From NCBI RefSeq assembly GCF_018350175.1, contig NC_058368.1, positions 15,254,001-15,318,000 of the forward strand: a DNA stretch of 64,000 nt, in the 5' to 3' direction. Shown piece after piece: positions 1 to 11,554 of this stretch. Position numbers and translations under genes: made by a program. The notes below the pieces were generated by a model. That model saw only the letters and a list, made by a program, of their open reading frames with translations. It made no database searches and was not told where the DNA came from. Numbering within the stretch: the first letter of the stretch is position 1; the number at the start of each line of letters is the position of its first letter. The DNA is from Felis catus (taxonomy: Eukaryota).

Positions 1-930
1 CCTTAGTGCCCCTTACCCATTTAGCCCATCCCCCCCCATAACCCCTCCAGCAACCCTCAGTTTGTTCTCCATATTTATGAGTCTCTTCTGTTTTGTTCCC
101 CTCCGTTTTTATATTATTTTTGTTTCCCTTCCCTTATGTTCATCTGTTTTTCTCATAAAGTCCTCATATGAGTGAAATCATATGATTTTTGTCTTTCTCT
201 AACTAATTTCACTTAGCATAATACCCTCTAGTTCCATCCACGTAGTTGCAAATGGCAAGATTTCATTCTTTTTCATTGCCGAGTAATACTCCATTGTATG
301 TCTATACCACATTTTCTTTATCCATTCATCCATCGATGGGCATGTGGGCTCTTTCCATACTTTGGCTATTGTTGACAGTGCTGCTATAAACATGGGGGTG
401 CATGTGTCCCTTCACAACAGCACACCTGTATCCCGTGGATAAATGCCTAGTAGTGCAATTGCTGGGTCGTAGGGTAGTTCTATTTTTAGTTTTTTGAGGA
501 CCCTCTACACTGTTTTCCAGAGTGGCTGCAGCAGCTTGCATTGCCACCAATAATGCAAAAGAGATCCTCTTTCTCTGCATCCTCACCAACATCTGTTGTT
601 GCCTGAGTTGTTAATGTTAGCCATTCTGACAGGTGTAAGGTGGTATCTCATTGTGGTTTTGATTTGTATTTTCCTGATGATGAGTGATGTTGAGCATTTT
701 TTCATGTGTCGGTTGGCCATCTGGATGTCTTCCTTGGAGAAGTGTCTATTCATGTCTTTGGCCCATTTCTTCACTGGATTATTTGGGTTTTGGGTGTTGA
801 GTTTGGTAAGTTCTTTATAGATTTTGGATACTAACCCTTTATCTGATATGTTATTTGCAAATATCTTCTCCCATTCTGTTGGTTGCCTTTTAGTTTTGCT
901 GACTGTTTCTTTCACTGTGCAGAAGCTTTT
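1..930 (-). mobile_element. 5'-truncated LINE-1 (3' end of ORF2 plus 3' UTR, runs off window start)
   Basis: Minus-strand ORFs 583..915 ([13 protein letters not shown]...[31 protein letters not shown]...[13 protein letters not shown]) and 199..393 (WIKKMWY..TMEYYSA.KKNEILPFATTWMELEGIMLSEIS) are the L1 ORF2 C-terminus, broken by a stop/frameshift. Confidence 0.97.
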
Positions 931-1933
931 TATTATTTATTCATATTTTTGATACCTTTAAAGCAACCACAATGAAATTGACAGCTGGCCTGTGTATTTA
1001 TATTATCCATGTGATAATTTCAGTATCTGAAATCCTTTCATGTTTTATTCAGACTTTTTGTTTCTGATGACTTTTGTCAATGGTGGCTTATTTCCTCATG
1101 TGAATTACCATTTCATATTGGGAGCTCATATTTGGCTGATTTGGAAAATCCTGAGTTCTGTGTTGAGGGTATACTTCTCCATAGAGGACATGTATTTGAT
1201 TCTGTCAGGTGCTCTCAGACACTACCAACCTGATACTCCTTTACATTTTGGTGTTTCCTAGATGCTGTAGTCAGTATAATTTGAACAACATATCCAAGTA
1301 AAAGGGTCATAGTTTAAAATTCTCACATAAGAGGTTCCAGTTTTTACTTTACTTTTCTACCTATAGCAGGAATTAAAATACAAAGTCTCCTGGTTTTCTC
1401 CCTTTTCCCAGGGCAAAATTTTTCTTTTACCTTGCTATTTTAATGAGGGTACAGTCTTTTGAGTGCACCAATTATTTGCCAGGGCCTTGATTCTAACTCT
1501 GCTTTACTTAGGCTTAAGGCCTTTCTTTCTTGTTCCAGAACAGTCATTAAAACCTAAGACTCTTTTTACTATGTTTAGAGATGTTTTTGTGTGGGAATAG
1601 TTTTTGCAGTGCCATTTCACTAAAAAGAACTAAGGTCTTTGGCAATGGACATAGCTCCTGGACCTTTTCACATTATTATGTAAAAAAAAAAATGAGGAAT
1701 TATTATTAGTAAATCATATCAAGTCTGGTTACAATTTTCTTATTAGCATTTTTTTATTAGAGAACAAAAATATAAATTGATGTATAATGAAAGTTGATTT
1801 GTGTAATGAAATTCTGAGAAGAGTCGAATTTTAGGATAAAATATATCCTACACAGATACAGTTTTTATCCTAGTAGGACAGCCATAAGGCTAATACAGCA
1901 ATTTGATACTTACTAATTAATATCATTAGACTG

Positions 1934-2150
1934 GAGCACCTGGGTGGCTCAGTTGGTTAAGCATCCGACTTCGGCTCAGGTCATGATCTCACGGCTCATG
2001 AGTTCAAGCCCCCGTCGTGCACTGTGTTGACAGCTCAGAGCCTGGAGCCTGGTTCAGATCCTGTCTCCCTCTTTCTCTGCCCCTCCCCCACTCACGCTCT
2101 GTCTCTGTCTCTTTCAAAAATAAATAAACATTAAAAAAATTTAATATAAA
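1934..2150 (+). mobile_element. CanSINE
   Basis: tRNA-like head cctgggtggctcagttggttaag, CT-rich tract, A-rich tail. Confidence 0.9.
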
Positions 2151-2441
2151 TATTAGATTGACATGTTCAATTAACACCCTAAAAAATGTATATTTTTATA
2201 TATTGTTAAAGGAAATAGGCTCTGACACATGAGTATATAGGTGTATATTGAGAGTAACCCACAGAAAAACTATAGTTTAAACCATATGAAGTCAACACGG
2301 TTCTTTGAAAAAAATTCCACTGAAAAGGAACTGCCTGTCTCTTAAAGGCCATTTAATACAAGCTCTGCCTGATTTCTATCTAATCTGTGGTGTTTCATAC
2401 AAGTTCCATTCTTTTTAATAGATTGAAGTGCATGCCACTTT

Positions 2442-2767
2442 TTAGACACTAACACTTTTTTTTTTCAGATTGCTATTAAGTGGGAATAAATCAGCCACTT
2501 TTCTCAGCCACTTTTCATGTATTTTGGTAGAGATTATAGCCCTCAGCAGGAGTTCATTTTTGAGGATAGAGTCCAGCAGTAGATTGATTAACCAACAAAA
2601 TCTCCTAAGGATATCTAGTTTAGATTTACTTTGGGGAACCACTAACTCATGCATGTGCACCAAAGGGAAACTAGAGTCCCTTGAAGCAACTTCTCTATTT
2701 CAGTATTTGTAGAACTTGCCAGGGAATTGTTGGGAATCCTAACATGCCATGGTGAAAAGCTCCTTCT
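2442..2767 (-). pseudogene. Unknown gene probable terminal exon 15 (starts phase 2, one frameshift near 2700)
   Basis: cagctttcatgtttacag|A GAA GGA GCT...; EGAFHHGMLGFPTIPWQVLQIL / NREVASRDSSFPLVHMHELVVPQSKSKLDILRRFCWLINLLLDSILKNELLLRAIISTKIHEKWLRKVADLFPLNSNLKKKSVSV*. Confidence 0.7.
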
Positions 2768-2876
2768 CTGTAAACATGAAAGCTGAAACGCATGTAGATT
2801 TTCAGGGTGCTTATTAACAAACAGACTCTATGCAATAATAATAACAACAACAACAACTATAAAAATAAAGCTCTAG

Positions 2877-3102
2877 GGGCGCCTGGGTGGCGCAGTCGGT
2901 TAAGCGTCTGACTTCAGCCAGGTCACGATCTCGCGGTCCGTGAGTTCAAGCCCCGCGTCAGGCTCTGGGCTGATGGCTCAGAGCCTGGAGCCTGTTTCTG
3001 ATTCTGTGTCTCCCTCTCTCTCTGCCCCTCCCCCGTTCATGCTCTGTCTCTCTCTGTCCCAAAAAATAAATAAAAACCGTTGAAAAAAAAAAATTTTTTT
3101 TT
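2877..3102 (+). mobile_element. Young felid CanSINE with 15-nt TSD
   Basis: TSD aaaataaagctctag at 2862-2876 and 3103-3117. Confidence 0.95.
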
Positions 3103-3221
3103 AAAATAAAGCTCTAGTTCCCTGCTGTTCAGATATCTGGAGGTCAACTAAGACCTCATAGCTAGATTAGCACTCAGATATTAGTCTTTTCTTTATAGAA
3201 GATCCCTCAGCATTGTCTTAC

Positions 3222-3400
3222 TTTTGTATGATCTTGGCTATACATTTTCTGAATTTTATATCATTTCTACAATCTCGCAAGGGAATTATCTCTAAAGAGA
3301 TCAATCTCATTGACTTGGCAGCTTTATTAAACTTCAATCACCTTTTCAATATTTTCATTGTTGAGGAGTACATATTCCCATAAGGTAAAGATTCAGCCAC
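3222..3400 (-). pseudogene. Unknown gene exon 14 (179 nt, phase 0 to 2, one TGA)
   Basis: tttatctttcaaaccttag|GTG GCT GAA...ATA CAA AA|gtaaga; VAESLPYGNMYSSTMKILKR*LKFNKAAKSMRLISLEIIPLRDCRNDIKFRKCIAKIIQ. Confidence 0.7.
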
Positions 3401-3457
3401 CTAAGGTTTGAAAGATAAATATATAATATTCATAAAGGTCATGTAATCCTTACATAC

Positions 3458-3602
3458 TGGTTGAATAATAACAGAATTAAATAGTACTGTGAGCACTGAG
3501 TCTATCAGTGAGACCAAACAGGTGATGTACTTCAACAAACTGTACCAGCAGAATATTAGAAGAAAACTGATTCAGAATAGTTGGGAAGACAAAGCTTCAA
3601 AC
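3458..3602 (-). pseudogene. Unknown gene exon 13 (145 nt, phase 2 to 0, one stop; boundaries ambiguous)
   Basis: ttaattag|G TTT GAA...CAA CCA|gtatgt; FEALSSQLF*ISFLLIFCWYSLLKYITCLVSLIDSVLTVLFNSVIIQP. An alternative parse is 3612-3454. The following intron would be only 57 nt. Confidence 0.4.
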
Positions 3603-3709
3603 CTAATTAATCCTGAAATATTATTTAATTACTAATACTAATTATTAGTATTAGTATCATACTAATTCACATTCCTTCTATAATAGGGAAAGGAGACCAA
3701 TAAAGAAAA

Positions 3710-4285
3710 ATAACCATGTGATTGAGGTATAATTAACATACAAAAATGTTTATATATTTAATGTATATAACTTGATTAATTTGGGAATAAGTATAAACAG
3801 TGAAACCATCACCACCATCAACATCAAAACATATCTATTACCTCCAAAAATTTCCTCCTTTTTTTTCTTTTTTTTTTTTTTTTTGGTGGTAATAACACTT
3901 AACCTAAGATGTACCCTCACAGCAAATATTTAAGAATACAGTAAGTATTGTTAGCTATATAAGCACAATAGTGTACAGCAGAGGTCTAGAATTTATTCAT
4001 TTTGTATAACTGAAACTTTGTACCCTTTGACCAACACTTCCCCATTTTTTTAATGTTTATTTATTTATTTTGAGAGAGAGAGAGCGTGAGTGAGCAAGTT
4101 GGAGAGGGGCAGAGAGAGAGGGAGAGACAGAATCTCAAGCAGGCTCTGTGCTGCCAGCACAAGGCAGCAAGAAGCCCTATGCAGGCCATGATCTCATGAA
4201 TGGCAAGATCATGATTCGAGCTGAAATCAAGAGTAGGATGCTTAACCGACTGAGCCATCCAGGTGCCCCCAACACCTCCTCATTT
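3710..4285 (-). mobile_element. Old L1 3' fragment with an inserted CanSINE (4046-4270)
   Basis: L1 3'UTR-like text (ttattcattttgtataactgaaactttgtacc) followed by a minus-strand SINE. Confidence 0.7.
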
Positions 4286-4838
4286 TGAACAGATCTTAAT
4301 CTGACCTGATCTTAAAATCATTCTAATTCAAAACAGGTATTCACTTTCAATTTATTCATCTCAAAGAAATAATGTTGTCTACTTATTTTGAATAATAAAG
4401 TATTGTATAGAATTTCTAAGTGAAAACCCTATTAGTGAGTCAACAGTCATATTTAACCACAATAGGAAACACACATCCTTCCATTTTTAGAAATAAGTAA
4501 CTGCTTTTATCGGTTCACAGAGGGCTGAGCTTCAGCTCTTCCTAACATTCTGGGCACCATGGAAAATAACCAAATAGAATAATGGTGCATTAGTGATGGC
4601 CTGACATCTCAAGAATCCAAGTATTGGACAAATGAAACATTAGACATAACCACTACCTATGAGACAAAAGGAATACATAAAAAAAAAATCTAACAGTACA
4701 ATGAAAAATAACAATATTTTTCCTTAATTTCATTATAATAGATACAGAACAAATATTAGAATGCATAAAAAGCATAACAAGTTATTTAATTCAATGTAAG
4801 AAAGATGTCAGTCTACATGGAAGAAATTATGTTTTTAC

Positions 4839-5027
4839 CTGACTTTGCACAGACGTGTAAGCCCTAGCTCTTTTCCAACAGAAGATGGCGAGTGCTGGAT
4901 CTGGGCCTTTCCAGCTCTGAACATGGCCAGGAGCATCCACTGTTGGGCTCTTATCATCTCACAGACTGAGAAGAGAGCTTTCTCTACCAAGGGTCCTATA
5001 ATTTTTTGTGCTACTTGTTGGGACAAT
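4839..5027 (-). pseudogene. Unknown gene exon 12 (189 nt, phase 2 to 2, open)
   Basis: tctaatttag|A TTG TCC...AAA GTC AG|gtaaaa; LSQQVAQKIIGPLVEKALFSVCEMIRAQQWMLLAMFRAGKAQIQHSPSSVGKELGLTRLCKV. The ORF-track entry 4835..5026 coincides almost exactly with these splice sites. Confidence 0.7.
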
Positions 5028-5285
5028 CTAAATTAGACCTACTGAATTACTTCAGTGGACTCTGTTGAATGGGCCTTTATATGTATGGTACTATACTGCT
5101 TGTGTTCAAAGATTAATCATATTGATAATGCATTTACTCCATAAAAATATGTATTAGTGCTCACACAATGATACAAAGTAAGATGAAATCTATTTAGCAA
5201 AAACACAGACTAGGTGTTATTTATGGATTTGGACTCAGAGATAATAAATTAACGAGTGCTAATATTTAAAAATATTGTATTTGTT

Positions 5286-6245
5286 GGGCTGCCTGGGTGG
5301 CTTAGTCAGTTGAGCAGCCGACTCTTGGTTTCGGCTCAGGTCATGATCCCAGGGTCATGGCATGGAGCCCCATGTCAGCCTCCGCACTGAGCATGGAAGC
5401 TTGCTTAAGATTCTCTCTCGCTCTCCCTCTGGCCCTCCCCTGCTAACAGACTCTCTCTCTCTCAAAATAAATAAATATTTTTTAAAAAGTATCAAGGAGA
5501 TAAAATTTCTGTTAAAGGCTCTAGGGATCAAAATAAAATGTCTTTGGGGAACCTGGGTGGCTCAGTCAGGTGAGAGTCCAACTTCAGCTCAGGTCATAAT
5601 CTCATGGTTCATGAGTTTGAGCCCCACATCGGGCTCTGTGCTGACAGCTCAGAGCCTGGAGCCTGGTTTGGATTCTGTGTCTCCTTCTCTCTCTGCCCCT
5701 CCCTTGCTTCTGCTCTGTCTCTCTCAAAAATAAACATACATTAAAAAAAATTTTTTTTAAATAAAAATAAATAGGGGTGCCTGGGTAGCTCTGTCGGTTG
5801 AGCACCCAACTTCAGCTCAGGTCATGATCTCAGCCCCGCATCAGGCTCTGTGCTGACAGCTGGGAGCCTGGAGCCTGCTTCTGATTCTTTGTCTCCCTCT
5901 CTCTCTCTCTGCCCCTCTTCTGCTTGCACTCTGTCTCTCAAAAATAAACATTAAAGGGGCACCTGGGTGGCTCAGTCGGTTGAGTGTCCGACTTTGGTTC
6001 AGTTCATGATCTCGCAGTTTGTGAGTTCAAGTCCCGCGTCGGGCTCTGGGTTGACAGCTCTGAGCCTGGAGCCTGCTTCGGATTCTGTCTCCCTCTCTCT
6101 CTCTGCCCCTCCCACGCTCACACTCTGTCTCTCTCCCTCTCAAAAATAAGTAAACATTTTAAAAAATTTTAAAAATACATAAACATTAAAAAAAATTAAA
6201 TAAATAACAACAACAACAAAAAAAAACCCCACAACAACATAAAAT
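5286..6245 (+). mobile_element. Cluster of four tandem/nested CanSINEs
   Basis: Heads at about 5286, 5546, 5774 and 5956, each followed by a CT tract and an A tail. Confidence 0.92.
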
Positions 6246-6659
6246 GTCTTTCTTTTGAAAGTTGTTCCTTATCGGGAAAAATAAAACTCTTTCTATTCTT
6301 CTATGGGTGTAAGTAAAGAATAATAATCAATGAAAAAGAGCAATGTAAGAAAGAAAACAAGATAAAGGCAAGGTTAAAGGCATCAAATTAAAAACTGGCA
6401 AAGTCTTTTCCTACTGTAAGCCACATTTATCTGATGTGTCTTGTGGCTCGGTGTGTGGGTATCACAGCTCCTGCTCCCCAGCAAATTCTTCATGTTCAAG
6501 ACTCTAACTCCCAGTCCTAAACATGGTATCTCACATAGAGTGAATGCTTAATAAAAAAATTCCTGAATAAACACATGAATATGAGTTATAATAAATCATA
6601 CGTCCTTTTTTGAATGCAATGCTGATACATAATTTTTTCTGACATCACTGTTTCTCACT

Positions 6660-7084
6660 CTGTACGGGCAGAACCGTGTCCCCCTAAAATTTACATGTGG
6701 AAACCCTAACCCTGTATGGACTTGTGTCCCCCTAAAATTCACATGTGGAAGCCCTACCCCATATTGTGACCACATTTGGAGATAGGGCCGATAGAAAGGT
6801 AATTAAGGTTCAACGTGGTGATAAAGATGAAACTGTAATCTAAGCAGAGAGTCTCACAAGAGGGAGAGACGACAGGAGTGCACACACAGAGAAAAGGCCA
6901 CGTGAGGACACCGGGAGAAGGTGGCCATCTGCAAGCCAAGGAGAAAGGCCTCAGGAGAAACCAAACCTCCCAGCACCTTGATCTCAGACTTGCAGCCTCC
7001 TGAACGGTGAGAGAATGAGTTTCTGTTGTTTAAGCCACCCAGCCTGTGGGACTTTGTTATGGCAGCCACAGCAAACTAACACAC
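6660..7084 (+). mobile_element. MaLR (MLT1-type) solo LTR
   Basis: Typical MLT1 text: tgtcccctaaaattcacatgtggaagcc...gaaggtggccatctgcaagccaagga...ttgttatggcagccacagcaaactaacaca. Confidence 0.85.
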
Positions 7085-8004
7085 GTGCCAAATTCCCTCC
7101 GAGGGTCTTTGTACCTGCTGGTTACTCTGCCTAGAGCTCTTTCCAGACAGCCATGGGGTTTACTGTCTCTTTATTCAGATCTCTGTTCACATGTCACCTG
7201 ATCAGAAGTCTTCCCAGACTGCCTTGTAAAGGGTGGGTTCTCCTTTGACTCTTTCACCTCTTACCCTGCTTTAGATTTTCTTCCTAGCATTTATCACTCG
7301 TTCTCATTATATATTTATCTCTTTGTTTTTGTTTCCCCCAATAGGAAATAAAGTCTTTGATGGGAAGAACTTTGCCGATTCTATATTACTCTGCTATCCT
7401 TGTTCCTGTAACCGCTCCTGGCACCAAGTAGCAGCTCAGTAATGTTGAATGAGTTTTTTAAATGCATAATTTCAGATTGATGAAGGAAAAAATAACATCC
7501 TCATAAAGTTAAAAAATATATGTTTGTGATACTGCAAAAAAGCATTCTAAGTTTTACCACAAGGCATTCTAAGCACTATAGGAAGATCAGGCAGCAGGCA
7601 GCAGAAAGTTACGGCCTGAGGCTGCTAGAGAACGCAGGGTGATGAGAGGTGAGGGGCCCCCAATAGAACCTTAGCGAGTCCTGTTCTCACAGAGCACAGA
7701 GGTACCCTAAAATTCTGGTTACAGCATGGGAATGGGCAGCTCTATCATGTCTCTAAATATCCCTGGCTAATTCTGGCCAGAGAGACCTTAGATCTAGAGA
7801 TGGTTTCTTAACTGACTGAGGCAGGGATGAGAAGACCTGTAGACGTGGCTTCTGGGTGGGTGACCCCCCTCTGGGAGTGGATTCAGAGTGAAGTCACTGC
7901 CATACCCTGTCACGTTAGGCATCACCAAGATGCTCATGGTCTTGGCAACCAAATGTGCTCCAGAGGGATGAGCTTGGGCCCTTGTGCAAGAGCAAAATGT
8001 CACT

Positions 8005-9716
8005 TTTTTTTTTTTTTAAGTTTATGTATTTATTTTGAGAGAGAGAGCACAAGACGGGGAGGAGCAGAGGGAAAGGGAGAAAGAATCCCAAGCAGGCTAC
8101 ATGACTGTGAGATCATGACCTGAGCCGAAATCAAGAATTGGACACTTAACCAACTGAGCCACCCAGGAGCCCCCAAATGTCACTGTTCTAAATCTAGAGT
8201 GTAATATGGAATTTTAAAAGTTGGTAGGATTGATCCACAGCCACAATTAGGAAAAAAAACCAGGAAGTAAATTGAAAATTTTGTGAGAACAGGAATCTAT
8301 GTCTTTCTTGGGTACTGTCACATTCACAATACCTAAGATCATTCCTGGCACACATTAGGTGCCTGATAAATGTTTGCTGAAAAGCCACAGAATGAATACA
8401 CAAAAAGGAAGGGACAATAAAAGTGTATAGCTTTATGTAGTTCTGATTCTCAGTCAAGAGCCTCTCCATGAATCCAAACTCTACTTACTTATAGTTGAAC
8501 CATAGGAAAGGTCTGACAGGTTGTTAGAGAGAAAATAGCAATCATTATTTGACTTTTATTCTAAATGTGTCCTAAAGGGGTGCCTTGCTGGCTCAGTCAG
8601 TATAGCATGTTGATCTTAGGTTTGTGAGTTCAAGCCCCACATTGGGTACAGAGACTACTTCAAATAAATAAATAAGTTCTAAAAACTACTTATACAGATG
8701 CCCAACAAAAATAAATATCAGGTTAATTTTTAAAAATCAGATATAAAAATGTAAACCAAAGTGTTTGGTACTATTTATTATTTTGTTCCTAACAACTACA
8801 ACAAAATAATCAATTTATAAATTGCAACTGAACTTATCATGGCAAGGTATAAGAATAGATTCATCTAAGCTTTTAAAAAGTTCTACATATAGATTAAACA
8901 AATCAAAGACAGTAGTAGAAGCCAGATTTGAGGCTAATTTTTTTTTTAATTTTTTTTTTCAACGTTTATTTATTTTTGGGACAGAGAGAGACAGAGCATG
9001 AACGGGGGAGGGGCAGAGAGAGAGGGAGACACAGAATCGGAAACAGGCTCCAGGCTCTGAGCCATCAGCCCAGAGCCTGACGCGGGGCTCGAACTCCCGG
9101 ACCGCGAGATCGTGACCTGGCTGAAGTCGGACGCTTAACCGACTGCGCCACCCAGGCGCCCCAATTTGAGGCTAATTTATAGGCACCATGGAAATCAGAA
9201 TTTTGGGGGGGGATTTATGCCTATTTTATTTCTGAAAACCAGTAGTATCAGCAAAATAATTCCTTTTTAAAAGTTTATTTATTGGGGCGCCTGGGTGGCG
9301 CAGTCGGTTAAGCGTCCGACTTCAGCCAGGTCACGATCTCGCGGTCGGTGAGTTCGAGCCCTGCGTCGGGCTCTGGGCTGATGGCTCAGAGCCTGGAGCC
9401 TGTTTCCGATTCTGTGTCTCCCTCTCTCTCTGCCCCTCCCCCGTTCATGCTCTGTCTCTCTCTGTCCCAAAACTAAATAAACGTTGAAAAAAAAATTAAA
9501 AAAAAAAAGTTTATTTATTTTGAGAGAGAGGGAGAGAGAGGGTGTGCACATGTGTGGGAGGGGCAGAGAGAGAGGGAAAGAGAGAGAATACCAATAGGCT
9601 CCACACTGTCAGTATGGAGCCCAGTAAGGGGCTTGAACTCACTAACCATGAGATCATGACCGGAGTCAACATCAAGAGCAGATGTTTAACCGACTGAGTC
9701 AATGAGGTGCCCCCCA
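8005..9716. mobile_element. Five CanSINEs (8005-8173 -, 8577-8675 +, 8937-9162 -, and 9284-9504 + nested in 9265-9714 -)
   Basis: SINE heads, tails and TSDs visible. Confidence 0.9.
8489..8512 (-). pseudogene. Unknown gene micro-exon 11 (24 nt, phase 2 to 2, open)
   Basis: ttttctctctaacaacctgtcag|A CCT TTC CTA TGG TTC AAC TAT AA|gtaagt; PFLWFNY. Confidence 0.5.
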
Positions 9717-10095
9717 GCAAAATAATTCCTATTTAATATATATATTTAATATATATACAGAAATAATGGACTTCAACTCTTAAATTACAAGATTTTTCCC
9801 AAAGATAACATGCAGTATACATTTTCCCCTCAAAGGAACATAACAATGTTCAGGAAAAGAAGTGGTATGCAATTTTGATTGTATATAACTCAGGTTCTCT
9901 TCCCAAAAGTGTAATTTCAAAGTGAAAAATGAATAGGCCCTATATAGTTTATAGGAAAAAAAATGATTAAGTCTTTTTGATTAATGACTTAAAATTTAAA
10001 CAAATATGCTTAAATCAGTTCTATCCTGAAATACTCTTAGAATACATTACTACAGATTATTAATTCACTCTTATGTGTTGGAATTTCCATTTTAC

Positions 10096-10327
10096 TCATT
10101 GCACAGAAAGCATTGCTGTTGTTGAACTGACAGATGGTTGGTTAATCCTGAACAGACTAAAGTTTATTAACATTAGCAGGAAGGCAGAGCATTGCACCCT
10201 GTGTGTTGCGTATATTTGGAGAACACGCCCGGCTCTGTTCCTCCTAGCTTCAGAAGCTTCCCTCCTTTATTTCTCTCTATGGTTTTCAATTATTATGGAG
10301 TGTTTCTCCCTATTGCCTTGATCTTTG
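10096..10327 (-). pseudogene. Tentative exons 9 (10327-10229, frameshifted, GC donor) and 10 (10147-10096, 52 nt, phase 1 to 2)
   Basis: ttgatttcaag|CAA AGA...KTIERNKGGKLLKLGGTEP G|gcgtgt, then tctgttcag|GA TTA ACC...LTNHLSVQQQQCFLCN GA|gtaaaa. The flanking introns are very short (68 and 81 nt), so these boundaries are uncertain. Confidence 0.35.
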
Positions 10328-10395
10328 CTTGAAATCAATAGAAATCTTAATCAGGATTTGACAAGTTTTCATATTGGCTATTCCTCTTGACTTAC

Positions 10396-10730
10396 CAACA
10401 AAACTATTTTTTTCTGTATTCCTTTAGTAAAAGGATCAGAAGCTAGCTTTTTACAAAACAGACAACTTAAAAATGGTTCATCTGGGGCGTCTGGGTGGCT
10501 CGGTCGGTTAAGCGTCCGACTTCGGCTGAGGTCATGATCTCATGGTCCGTGAGTTCGAGCCCCACGTCAGGCTCTGTGCTGACAGCTCGGAGCCTGGAGC
10601 CTGCTTCAGATTTTGTGTCTCCCTCTCTCTGACCCTCCCCATTCATGCTCTGTCTCTGTCTCAAAAATAAAATAAACGTTAAAAAAAAAATTTAAAAAAA
10701 TGGTTCAACTCTAGTGGGATAACATACTAC
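10396..10730 (-). pseudogene. Unknown gene exon 8 (108 nt after removing the inserted SINE, phase 0 to 0, open)
   Basis: ctttgtttctgtttgctggctttgaatccacag|GTA GTA TGT...GTT TTG TTG|gtaagt; VVCYPTRVEPFLSCLFCKKLASDPFTKGIQKKIVLL once 10469-10695 is excised. Confidence 0.8.
10484..10695 (+). mobile_element. CanSINE inserted within pseudogene exon 8
   Basis: TSD aaaaatggttca(t/a)ct at 10469-10483 and 10696-10710. Confidence 0.95.
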
Positions 10731-10955
10731 CTGTGGATTCAAAGCCAGCAAACAGAAACAAAGAAAGTATTATTTTCATCACCTCAGAAATTGCTCACAG
10801 TATTCTCTCATTTTCAAATCCCATTTATAAAGTACACATTACTTCATCACTGTTTATCTGAACTTGTTTTCATTAATTGGGTAAATAAGTTTCTGGATTA
10901 TCTCCCCAAAGAATTGGCATAGCAGCACACTGTTAGACTGATCTCTTTAGCTTAC

Positions 10956-11160
10956 CAGCTTCCTTTCTCTCCCTGTAGCCTGAATTACAAACTCTCTGTT
11001 TCTCTTCTTTTTAGCAACTGTTTCTGCCATCTTCAGTAAAAATTTATAATTTGTTCTAAATGAATTCTCTTGGATTTGAAATCCAAAGAAACTCATAACT
11101 GTAGCTATATATCTTCTATATTCATTGTAATTATAAAGATTTCTGCCAGAAAAGTTCTAC
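10956..11160 (-). pseudogene. Unknown gene exon 7 (205 nt with a 1-nt frameshift, or 201 nt fully open from the next AG; ends phase 0)
   Basis: agtttttcag|gtag|AAC TTT...AGG AAG CTG|gtaagc; NFSGRNLYNYNEYRRYIATVMSFFGFQIQENSFRTNYKFLLKMAETVAKKKRNREFVIQATGRERKL. Confidence 0.8.
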
Positions 11161-11554
11161 CTGAAAAACTTATCATGTTAGCAACGTTCCTAATGTATCC
11201 CTAGCACATCTCTAGAATTCTTAATCACTATAGTGTTCTTGCTTTATCAAGTAAGTTAATGTATGAGGGGAATCACTATGGAATCTATCAAAAAGCAACC
11301 CTTCAATCAAGGAAACTCATAATAAAAATTATTTGTTTACAGTAACCTCAAGAAGCAGAACTGTGAACGCAATGCTGCATACATCAACTACATATGTTCT
11401 GGAAAGCAGAAGTGCATTCTAAGTGTCTCCTCAGTCAGGAAGAAACAAACAAACAAAAATATAGATCCCAATAAGGACAGGTCTTGGGTGCTGATGAAGT
11501 ATTGGTGGAGGGATGAAGATTTCACAAACACTGGGATCAGTCTGACAGGTGAAT

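Noticed and set aside
2877..2960. tRNA-like sequences at SINE heads
   Set aside because: These are tRNA-derived SINE heads with A/B boxes, not tRNA genes.
4839..4925. Possible MIR relic (tcagagctggaaagg...)
   Set aside because: The resemblance is short, and the segment lies in a 189-nt open, phase-matched exon. Should still be checked with RepeatMasker.
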